Assembly: GCA_000433455.1 (NCBI GenBank) | Contig: HF992499.1 | Location: 72,475-136,474, forward strand | DNA: 64,000 nucleotides | Reading direction: 5' to 3' | Origin: Mycoplasma sp. CAG:877 | Lineage (GTDB): Bacteria > Bacillota_I > Bacilli_A > RF39 > UBA660 | Part shown: one piece after another, positions 18,371 to 27,100 of the stretch | Position numbering within the stretch: position 1 is the stretch's first letter | Layout of the letters: each line of letters opens with the position of its first letter | Notes under the pieces: generated by a model | What the model saw: the letters and a program-made list of their open reading frames with translations, nothing else | Database searches by the model: none | What the model was told of the DNA's origin: nothing | Position numbers and translations under genes: made by a program

Positions 18371-19387
18371 ATGCAAAAGAAAATAGATAAAATTCTCTTC
18401 TTCACCAGTATTATTTTATCTTTATTTGGTATTGTAATGATTTATTCTGCCTCTAGTATTTGGGCTGAGTATAAATTTAATGATGCTTTTCATTATTTAA
18501 AGTATCAAACAATATTTTTTATAGTTGGTATAATTATCATGTTAATTATTTCTAAAATAGATTATAAAAATTACTATGAAAAAGCTAATCTTATTTTATC
18601 TATTTGTCTTATTCTATTAGTACTAGTTATAATACCTGGTATTGGTAGTATTAGAAATGGTTCTAGATCCTGGTTTGGAATAGGCCCATTTGGTATTCAA
18701 CCTAGTGAAGCAGCTAAACTTGGTTTAATTATTTTTACAAGTAAATACTTATCTAAAAGCAATAAGTTTTTAAAAAGCTATAAACAAGGAGTTTTTCCTA
18801 TTCTTGGTATAACTCTTCTTATCTTTTTTCTTATAATGCTTCAACCAGATCTTGGTACTGGTGTGATTTTAGTTATGTCAATTATCTCTTTATTATTTAT
18901 TGCTGGTGTAAATATGAAGTTCTTTCTAGGTATTGGAATCCTTGGCATAATTGGTATTACTATTTTAATAATAATTGCCCCATATCGTATGGATAGAATA
19001 ACGTCTTTTATAAATCCTTGGAATGATGCCTTAGGTACTGGCTTTCAAATAATTCAAAGTCTCTATGCCATTGGTCCAGGAGGACTACTTGGTACTGGCT
19101 TTCTAAACTCCGTTCAAAAACATTTCTATCTTCCAGAACCTCAAACTGATTTTATTTTTTCTATCATAGCTGAAGAGTTCGGAGTAGCAGGAGCTTTTAT
19201 TGTAACAGGTTTATTTTCTCTAATTCTTTTGCGAGGTATAAAAATAGCCTTAAATTCTAAAGATCTATTTTCTAAATACTTATCATTTGGCATGATCTTT
19301 CAAATTATCTTTCAAACTCTCATGAACCTAATGGTTGTAATTGGCATGATCCCAGTAACAGGGGTTGTACTTCGTGGTACCATATAA
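18371..19387 (+). CDS. SEDS-family peptidoglycan polymerase (FtsW/RodA/SpoVE), 5' portion; truncated by an insertion after codon ...PVTGV (19365)
   Basis: 10-TM SEDS layout with RSWF..G.QPSE..K, QPDLGT and PE.QTDFIF motifs. Family collinearity ends at MIPVTGV, then 6 unrelated codons (VLRGTI) and a stop. The conserved LPF.SYGGSS tail is absent here and is found at 23636-23729. Confidence 0.9.
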   Translation: MQKKIDKILFFTSIILSLFGIVMIYSASSIWAEYKFNDAFHYLKYQTIFFIVGIIIMLIISKIDYKNYYEKANLILSICLILLVLVIIPGIGSIRNGSRSWFGIGPFGIQPSEAAKLGLIIFTSKYLSKSNKFLKSYKQGVFPILGITLLIFFLIMLQPDLGTGVILVMSIISLLFIAGVNMKFFLGIGILGIIGITILIIIAPYRMDRITSFINPWNDALGTGFQIIQSLYAIGPGGLLGTGFLNSVQKHFYLPEPQTDFIFSIIAEEFGVAGAFIVTGLFSLILLRGIKIALNSKDLFSKYLSFGMIFQIIFQTLMNLMVVIGMIPVTGVVLRGTI

Positions 19388-19646
19388 CTACAGACACTTT
19401 TTAGCCCTTATAATAAGAGAAAAAAATGAATTTGCTAATTTTTTATTATTTAGAAAAAAATTAAAAATATATGAAAAAAGAAAAAAATTCAAAAGAATTG
19501 CAACTTTTTTTGAGGGTTGTCTGCTCATTACAACATTCAAAATAGAATTTTAGAGTTCTATGCTATTTAGATGTAAAAAATATGTAATTATTATAATTTA
19601 TAAAACGTGAATATTCATTTAATTAAATATTAAGATTTAATAATTG

Positions 19647-19655
19647 TGATATAAT
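19647..19655 (+). promoter_or_regulatory. extended -10 promoter element (TGaTATAAT) for the YibE/F pair
   Basis: tgatataat read directly, ~20 nt upstream of the 19675 start. Confidence 0.4.
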
Positions 19656-19674
19656 ATTTTTTGGATGTGATAAA

Positions 19675-20736
19675 ATGTTTAATACAAAGAGAATAATTTT
19701 TATTGTGATATTTATAGTATCTATAATTTCTTTGATTTTTGTTTATAATGATGATTTCTTATATTCTAAGCAAATTATTAAAATAACAAAAATTGATACA
19801 ATTAGCAAAGAAGCATCTCAAAATTCATTAGGGTTAGAAGAAAAATACTATACGAGAAAGATAACTGGAATAATAACCAATGGTAAGCAAAAAGGAAAGA
19901 AAAAAAGTGTATTATATGATGAATCTTATTCATCTGTTGTTACAGACAAGTATAAAGTTAATGACAAAATAATATTAGATTCGAGTGGTATTGAATTAAA
20001 AAGAGATTTCTATCTAACTTTAATGATTGTTGTTTTTTTAAATTTACTTTATATAGTTGGTTCTTATAAAGGACTTTTATCTGTATTAAGTGTTATTTTG
20101 AATTTAGTGATTTTTTATATTGGTTTATTCTTATATTTTAAAGGTATTAATTTATTATTTTTATGTGTAATAGAAATGATTATTTTTTCTATTATTTCTT
20201 TGATATTAGCCAGTGGTTTTAACAAGAAAACATTATCGGCAATCATTTCTGTAATTATATCAACATTAGTAATGCTCATAATAATTGTGATTATTGTAAA
20301 TTTCACAGGATATAAGGGGATAAACTTTAATGAATTATCATTTCTAACTGTTCCTATTGAAGATATTATATTGCCAGAACTATTAATCGGATCTACAGGT
20401 GCAATCATGGATGTGGCTATTACAATTTCATCTTCTATATCGGAACTTATTCAAAAAGACAATAATATATCTGTTAAAAATCTGAAAAAATCTGCTAGAG
20501 AAATAGGAAAAGATATAATGAGTACGATGAGTAATGTTTTATTTTTTACTTATTTATGTTCAGGACTTCCAATTTTTGTGTTAGCGTTACGCAATGGATT
20601 TTCAATGTATAATTATATTTCAACTAATTTTACATTAGAATTAACTAGATTCTTAATTGGTAGTATTGGTATTGTTTTAACTATTCCAGTATCAGCACAT
20701 ACATCAATTAAATTGATGAAAAGAGGTGCAAAATGA
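19675..20736 (+). CDS. YibE/F-family membrane protein (long form)
   Basis: N-terminal TM, an ~100-aa extracytoplasmic segment and 6-7 TM helices. The EIGKDIMSTMSNVLFFTYL block recalls the YibE/F signature. Paired with a shorter paralog, as is usual for this family (from memory). Confidence 0.65.
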   Translation: MFNTKRIIFIVIFIVSIISLIFVYNDDFLYSKQIIKITKIDTISKEASQNSLGLEEKYYTRKITGIITNGKQKGKKKSVLYDESYSSVVTDKYKVNDKIILDSSGIELKRDFYLTLMIVVFLNLLYIVGSYKGLLSVLSVILNLVIFYIGLFLYFKGINLLFLCVIEMIIFSIISLILASGFNKKTLSAIISVIISTLVMLIIIVIIVNFTGYKGINFNELSFLTVPIEDIILPELLIGSTGAIMDVAITISSSISELIQKDNNISVKNLKKSAREIGKDIMSTMSNVLFFTYLCSGLPIFVLALRNGFSMYNYISTNFTLELTRFLIGSIGIVLTIPVSAHTSIKLMKRGAK

Positions 20737-21491
20737 ATATAATATTAATTATTTTATTATTTTTATTAATGATTTATATCGATATAAAGAGAGGAATAAA
20801 ATTATTTTTATCCATATTATTTAATTTTATTATTTTAATGATTATTTTTTACTTAATTGCTGTTGGATTAAACCCTATAATTTGTTCTTTAATAGGCTGT
20901 TTTATAATAAGTTATATAATACTATATTATGTAAACGAAAGAAACGTAAAAACAGAATCTAGTTTAAAATCAGTTATTATCGTTCTAATTATATTATCTT
21001 TTCTCATATTTTTTGTAACGAAAATATCAAGAATTGCTGGTTTTGGATATGAATCGTATGAAGAGATAAATATGTTTTCTTATGATGTAAAAATAGATTT
21101 TACTAACATTGCAATTTCTATGATATTAATTAGTTTAATTGGAGCAACGGTTGATTCTTCCATAGCAATTTCATCTGCCTTATATGAAGTGTATGATAAT
21201 AATAAAAATTTATCAAAAAAAGATTTATTTTTATCAGGAATGAATATAGGGAAAGATATATTATGTACGACAAATAACACCTTAATGTTTGCTTTTTTAG
21301 GTGAATTTATGACATTATTGATTTGGTTTTATAAAGGAAATTATTCGTTTTTAGAAATTGTAAATGCAAAGACTTTTGTTTCAGAAATGATTAAAATATT
21401 ATTTAGTGCAGTAGGCTGTATTATAGTTATACCTATAACTGCATATATTACAACGGAAACACTAAAAAAAGATGGCAAAACTAATTTCTAA
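20733..21491 (+). CDS. YibE/F-family membrane protein (short form)
   Basis: ATGA overlap with the upstream gene. Polytopic. NIGKDILCTTNNTLMFAFLGE is paralogous to the motif in the upstream protein. Confidence 0.65.
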   Translation: MNIILIILLFLLMIYIDIKRGIKLFLSILFNFIILMIIFYLIAVGLNPIICSLIGCFIISYIILYYVNERNVKTESSLKSVIIVLIILSFLIFFVTKISRIAGFGYESYEEINMFSYDVKIDFTNIAISMILISLIGATVDSSIAISSALYEVYDNNKNLSKKDLFLSGMNIGKDILCTTNNTLMFAFLGEFMTLLIWFYKGNYSFLEIVNAKTFVSEMIKILFSAVGCIIVIPITAYITTETLKKDGKTNF

Positions 21492-21663
21492 AAACATAGT
21501 TTTAGGATCATTTATGGGAATATTTCTAGGATTCTTTTTACCAGCGTGTGATTGTGCTGTTGGCTCTGTCTCTAAAATGAATATCTAGAAAAAAGCATCT
21601 CTTAACGTAGAAATTTCTTTTATCCTTGCTTCTCCAATAATAAATCTTGCTGTTTATTTTTAA
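21472..21663 (+). pseudogene. remnant of a predicted permease (ArsP_1/DUF318-like) with an in-frame stop
   Basis: MAKLISKNIVLGSFMGIFLGFFLPACDCAVGSVSKMNI*KKASLNVEISFILASPIINLAVYF* resembles the FL.P.C.C...P ... AFL.A.P..NP core of that permease family. Only ~60 codons remain. Confidence 0.45.
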
Positions 21664-21734
21664 ATAAAATGTCTAATTTTGTTTTTAATTCATTAAATAA
21701 ATAAGATTGACATAATTTTATACTAGGTGATGAT

Positions 21735-21890
21735 ATGGAGAAAATTTATAATAATAAAAAAGTTAAATTTTCATTTTTTTTTGATAAAAATGGTAAATCT
21801 TTAAAAGATATTTTAGAAAAATGTTATCGTGAAGAAATTAGAAATGAACAAATACTTACTGGAGGTGCTAATAGTGATTTTCCAAAATAG
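21735..21890 (+). CDS. 51-codon ORF upstream of the recombinase, hypothetical
   Basis: AGGTGA RBS 5 nt upstream of the ATG. MEKIYNNKKVKFSFFFDKNGKSLKDILEKCYREEIRNEQILTGGANSDFPK. No family recognised. Confidence 0.3.
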   Translation: MEKIYNNKKVKFSFFFDKNGKSLKDILEKCYREEIRNEQILTGGANSDFPK

Positions 21891-21950
21891 AAAAAAGATT
21901 CTATTATTACAGAAAAGAGACTTAAAATTTATTAAAGGGTGGCAAATTAG

Positions 21951-23564
21951 GTGTTAATTGATAATAAAATTTATAATTGTGCTGAATATTTAAGACTATC
22001 TAAAGATGATTTAGGTAAAAATGATGAATCATCATCTATTCAAAGTCAAAGATTGATAATTGAAGGTTTTGCTAAACATAATAATTTAAAAATAGTTGAA
22101 GAATATGTCGACGATGGTTATTCTGGTGGTAATTTTGATAGACCTGCATTTATTAGAATGATTGAAGACATCGAATCTGGAAAAATAAATTGTGTTATAA
22201 CAAAAGATTTATCTAGGCTTGGACGAGAAATGTATAAAACTGGAAATTATATTGAAGAATATTTTTTAGAACATGACGTTAGATATATTGCTATCAATGA
22301 TTCTTATGACTCTAATATTGGAGATTCTATGCTTGGTATAAGATTAGGTGTCAATGATTTGTATCTAAGAGATATATCAAAAAAGGTACGTTCATCATTT
22401 AGGGTAAAACAAGAGCGTGGTGAGTATATAGGAAGTTTTCCATGTTATGGTTATATTAAGAACCCAGAAGATAAACATAAATTAATTGTTGATCCTGTGG
22501 CGTCTAAAGTTATTAAATTGATATATCAACTATGTTTGGAAGGATTTGGAATTACTAGAATATGCCAAAAACTAACAAATGAAAAAATACCTATTCCTAT
22601 TGTTTATAAAAAAGAACCAAGAGGACTACTAGTAACTGAAAACGATGGATTTGGTATTTGGAAAAATTCAACGGTTAGAAATATATTAAAGAGTCAAATG
22701 TATATTGGAAACATGGTTCAACATACACATGAAAAGATTAGTTATAATCAAAAAAAATGTAAGCATTTAAAGGAAAATGATTTTATAATAGTTGAACATA
22801 CACATGAACCTATTATTAGTATAGAAGATTTTAATAAAGTACAAGAAATTTTGAAACAAAAAAGCCATACTCCAGTAGATAGAAACTTTGACAGATTTTT
22901 ATTATCAGGGATAATGTTTTGTGGCAAATGTGGGCATACTTTAGGTGTTGGAGTAAAAAAAACAAAATCAGTTCCATCACAATATACACATTGTAATCAT
23001 TATACAAGAAAAGGTGTGAAAAGTGGATGTACTCCTAATAGACTTAATTATTACTTATTAGAAAAAGATATAATTAATTTTTTAAACGAAGTTGGCGAAG
23101 AATTTATCAAGTATTATGATATTAGGAATTTGGTTGAAGACTCTGTATATGTTTATAATCGTGATATAGATGATATGAAAAAAGAGTTAAGTCAATTGGA
23201 AAAAGATATAAATAAAAAAATAAATATTATTTCTAATTTGTATAATGATAAAATTGATGGAGTTATTTCTGTTGATGTATACAAAAGTTTAGCAGATAAC
23301 CATGAGAGAGAATTAAAAAAACTAAAGAAAAAACAAGAAGGATTAGAAAATAAATTAAAGATATTTTCTATTAAATCAAAAGAAAAAGAATTTACTAAAT
23401 GTCGTGAATCAGTAGAAAATTTTATGAAATTAAAAGTACCTTCTAGGAGTACAATAAAAAATTTGATTAGTAAAATTGTTATATATGATGAAGGCAATGA
23501 AAAAGAGGTTAAGGTGTTTTTTAGATTTAAAGAACTTACCAATATATCAAGTAAGTTAGTTTAA
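21951..23564 (+). CDS. large serine recombinase (resolvase/invertase N-domain, recombinase and zinc-ribbon domains, coiled coil)
   Basis: N-terminal AEYLRLSKDD (catalytic Ser context), VDDGYSGGNFDRPAF, KDLSRLGRE, zinc ribbon CGKCGH...C..Y, a long coiled coil and a DUF4368-like tail KIVIYDEGNEKEVKVFFRF. GTG start with an AAGGGTGG RBS. Confidence 0.92.
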   Translation: MLIDNKIYNCAEYLRLSKDDLGKNDESSSIQSQRLIIEGFAKHNNLKIVEEYVDDGYSGGNFDRPAFIRMIEDIESGKINCVITKDLSRLGREMYKTGNYIEEYFLEHDVRYIAINDSYDSNIGDSMLGIRLGVNDLYLRDISKKVRSSFRVKQERGEYIGSFPCYGYIKNPEDKHKLIVDPVASKVIKLIYQLCLEGFGITRICQKLTNEKIPIPIVYKKEPRGLLVTENDGFGIWKNSTVRNILKSQMYIGNMVQHTHEKISYNQKKCKHLKENDFIIVEHTHEPIISIEDFNKVQEILKQKSHTPVDRNFDRFLLSGIMFCGKCGHTLGVGVKKTKSVPSQYTHCNHYTRKGVKSGCTPNRLNYYLLEKDIINFLNEVGEEFIKYYDIRNLVEDSVYVYNRDIDDMKKELSQLEKDINKKINIISNLYNDKIDGVISVDVYKSLADNHERELKKLKKKQEGLENKLKIFSIKSKEKEFTKCRESVENFMKLKVPSRSTIKNLISKIVIYDEGNEKEVKVFFRFKELTNISSKLV

Positions 23565-23630
23565 TATTTAAAAAGTTATCACAATAGTATGGGCAACCTT
23601 TTATTTTTTTATAACTTTAAAATGGCAAAG

Positions 23631-23729
23631 GGTGTAACACTACCTTTCTTATCTTATGGAGGTAGTAGTCTTCTAATAACTTGTGCTTCTATTGGTATAC
23701 TTCTAAATATTAGTAAATATCAAATGTAG
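23631..23729 (+). pseudogene. 3' fragment of the split SEDS gene (..[32 protein letters not shown])
   Basis: Encodes the near-invariant SEDS C-terminal motif LPF.SYGGSS plus the last TM helix. Same strand as the 5' part. No RBS of its own. Confidence 0.85.
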
Positions 23730-23813
23730 TTTTATTATTTATGTAAAAATTATTCTTGAAGGTTCCAAAATCATAATATATACTAACATTATGAAGTAAA
23801 AAGGAGAGTGCAC

Positions 23814-24035
23814 ATGTCAGAACAAAATTATGAATTTCATAAAAATAATGAAAAAGACACAATCTACTGGGTTAATAAAACAGATAGTATAGGAGAACAT
23901 TTATTTACGTTTGATAAGAAAAAAATCTATAATTTATTTAAAGACTATCCACATGAGCTAACTAAAGAAGAAAAAGAAATATTTGACAAAGAAAACCCTT
24001 ATTGGAAAAATTTTTTTGAAGATAGAAATAAATAA
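23814..24035 (+). CDS. small hypothetical protein (73 aa)
   Basis: AAGGAG RBS 7 nt before the ATG at 23814. Terminator downstream. No motif recognised. Confidence 0.55.
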   Translation: MSEQNYEFHKNNEKDTIYWVNKTDSIGEHLFTFDKKKIYNLFKDYPHELTKEEKEIFDKENPYWKNFFEDRNK

Positions 24036-24036
24036 A

Positions 24037-24070
24037 ATACAGTAATCAAAAATAACTGTATTTTTCTTTT
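24037..24070 (+). terminator. rho-independent terminator
   Basis: atacagt-(11 nt)-actgtat followed by ttttctttt. Confidence 0.6.
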
Positions 24071-24153
24071 CTACTGATAGTTATTTATCTAAATTTATGA
24101 TATGATAATTATAAAGATTAAATAAGTATAAAGAAATTGGAAGTGTGTTAGTT

Positions 24154-27100
24154 ATGGCAGAAATTATGACTATAGAAGAGTTTAGAGAATTAAAAAGAAA
24201 CCAACAAGAAATCATAGAAAAATTAGACTCTAATGAAAATAAAACTGAAGACGATGAAGATGAACTTCTAACCACTTATCTTGCCAACCAAGACTATCTT
24301 ATAAGTCATGATTTAAGTCTTATTCCAAAAGGAGAGTGGAAAGGCTTTTCCTTTGCCTCTTCTAAATACCATCGAGTAGACTTATCAAAAACCAGAGCTA
24401 ATATTGATTTTTCAATTCTTGATTATAGAGAATATATAAATTATAAAAGCTGTACTATAAGTAATCTTGATCAAATAAATCGTATTATAGACTCTAATAA
24501 TTTTGATCGAGAAGTCATCTCTCAATATAAAGAGTTTTTTCTTTCCGATAACTTTGACGAAAATACAAAGCAAAAAATTTATGAGCGTTCACTAACTATC
24601 GAGGATTTATTTTCTTTTTCTGAAGAACAAATCAATGAAATAGGGGATAAAAAAGTTCTAAACTGTTTCAACACCAAGACAAGATATATGATTAGAGAAC
24701 TAGGTCTAGAAAAAACTCTTCAATTATACTATGTATCAAAAGAGGATTATCAAGAAGTATATGATATTATAAATGGATATTATTATGCCTATAAGCCATA
24801 TTATGAAGAAAATTCACACCTTACAGAAGAACTAAAAAATACTCCAGTTCAAGGCATAAAGACAAAAATTTACTCAATTATACGTGAACTTATAATAGAA
24901 ATGCCACAAATTAAAATAGAACTTTCTAAACTTACTCCAGGTTTTATTGAAAGCAATAAAGATATACTATTATTAGATACAGAAGTACCTACTGAACTAA
25001 GAGAAAAATATTATGCCAAGAGTCTAACTTTAGATGATCTTCTAAATAGCCTGAACCTTTTCAAAAATGTACCTATCGCAAGCTTCATAGATACCCAAGA
25101 AGAAGACAACAACGCTCTAAAAAACATTGTTCAAATCCTAGGACCTGGTGTATTTAAAATACTTGTTGAGTCCTATCCAAAACAATTAAACTATATTATA
25201 AAAGGTAAATTAGGTAATTCATTTTATACTTTAATAAAAGAAACTATGTTTTCAGTAATAAATAAAACCACTGATACTAATGAAGGGCTAAAAGAGTACT
25301 TAACGACATTCTTTAGAATACATAATACCATTAGAAATAAAGAACAATTATTATTATATGAACCAGGGTTATTTGAATTAGATTCATCCCAGAAAACAGT
25401 TATAAAACAACTATCTTTAAAAAATATGCAAAGATTTGAAAGAGAAACAGGCTTTTTTTCACACTACACCTCAGGAGTTACTAATGCTTTACCTATGTTA
25501 CATACTTTTTCGATTTATCTACCAAACAGAGATTATATGAATTTCTCTGACAAAGAAAAGAAAGAGTTAACATATGAAGAATTTCAAGATAAATTAGCTG
25601 AATTAATTGGGCATATTATAAGGACAAGACCTTATGGTATTAAAGTTGACTTTGACTGGATGGAAGGAGAATTTAGAGAAAAGCATCCAGAAATATTCAT
25701 GGATAAAAATGCCCCAGACCAGTTAAAAAAAGCTTTTTATGAATACAAAATTACTCCTCAGTTGATAAAAGACAATCCAGACTATATTCCATATTTACTT
25801 GATAAAAACTTAGCTAATACTATAAATACAGTTATAAGTTTAGAAACAACTAAAGATCAAGAAGAAACATATTTTAATCGTTATGATCTTCTAAACTTCA
25901 TAGAAGAATATTCTAAAAGATATGGAAATGAAAAAACACTACATCTTATAGAAAAATATGGCGATTTAATAGCAAATACAAAATTAACATGTAGTAATAA
26001 AGACCTTTCTGATGAAAAAGCCTTAGAAAAAGTTGTTAGAGCAGGTATTTATGAAAAAATATCTCATAAAAGTGTTAATTATATATCCTTATTAAAAGAT
26101 AAAGATTTTGTCTTAGAATACCCAGAAATATTTATCGATTTTACTACTTTAGACGGAATAAGTACTGCTGAAAAAGAAAGACTAGAAAAAGCTTTTTATA
26201 AAAAAGAACTAACCTATGAAGATATAAAGAAACATCCATCTTTAAAAGATGCCCTTAAAAATAAAGATTTACATTTTATCTTTTCTTCTTACTCTCCATC
26301 TAATTTTAGTTATTATTCTTCTAATTATTCAGATGGCGACTTAGAATTATTAAATGTATTTGGCCCTGATAAATTTTTAGAATTATGTTCTAGATATGGT
26401 AGATATATGAACAATATTAGTAAAGAGCTTCATAAACAAATAACCGTTATTAACGGAAAGTATATGAAATTTTCAGCAAGAGAAGAAGGAACTGATGGTA
26501 CACTAGATTTTGAAGATATCGCAAGAAGAATAGAAGAAATTATTGCTAGAGAATGTAAAAATGGTAATATTTTATATTCACCAGAAGATGCACCAACATT
26601 TTTAAAAGAAAAATACAGTGAATTATTTTTAAATGATGATGCACCAGAAACCTTAAAGTCTTACTTTTATGCTTCAAAAGGAAGTTCTGGTTTAACATTT
26701 AATGTTTTAAGTCAACATAAAGAATGGATACCTTATTTAAAAGACAAGTCTCTTTTAACACCATTTCTAAGAGCGACAAATTATAAAAATGAAATGACTG
26801 AATACTTTAATTTATTTGGAAATGAATTAGCAATTAAATTTGGTACCACTAAATCAGAAACAGTAGAAGAAATGATAAAATCAGGCCAAGTTATTATGAT
26901 GAAAGCTTGGTATGAAAATACTGGTTGTAAATTTATTCCAAGTTTCGTTGTAATGCAAAACTTTCCTATAGAAGAAGCAGATAAATTTTTAACATCAGCT
27001 TCTAACTGGAGTAACTTAATGCGTATCAAACGTTATGCTAAAACGCCAGAGGCAAGTGCCGCTATGTTAAAACTTGCTTACTCATTTGGTTCTTTTGATC

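Larger units (their letters stand above)
19366..23635 (+). mobile_element. 4.27-kb intervening/integrative element inserted in the SEDS gene, carrying a large serine recombinase
   Basis: Bounded by the two halves of one SEDS reading frame. A GT dinucleotide is shared at both junctions (19364-65, 23634-35). The recombinase gene abuts the right end. The element looks even more AT-rich than its flanks (by eye). Confidence 0.8.

Noticed and set aside
19365-19553. 62-aa ORF starting at the left junction of the element.
   Set aside because: It begins inside the read-through tail of the truncated SEDS ORF, has no RBS, and translates to K/F-rich junk. It is most likely non-coding element-end sequence.
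19366-23635. The inserted element as a prophage or a transposon/IS.
   Set aside because: It has no phage structural, lysis or replication genes, no transposase and no terminal inverted repeats or target duplication beyond 2-4 nt. The serine-recombinase integrative or intervening element model fits better.
23622-23729. The in-frame ATG at 23622 could make the SEDS C-terminal fragment an independent 35-aa gene (MAKGVTLPF...).
   Set aside because: No RBS precedes it (upstream is tttttttataactttaaa), and a lone last TM helix is unlikely to complement the truncated protein. It is better treated as the 3' half of a split gene.
24300-24480. Pentapeptide-repeat-like stretch in the giant protein N-terminus (HDLSLIPKGEWKGFSFASSKYHRVDLSKTRANIDFS).
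   Set aside because: The five-residue periodicity is not sustained, so it is too weak to call.
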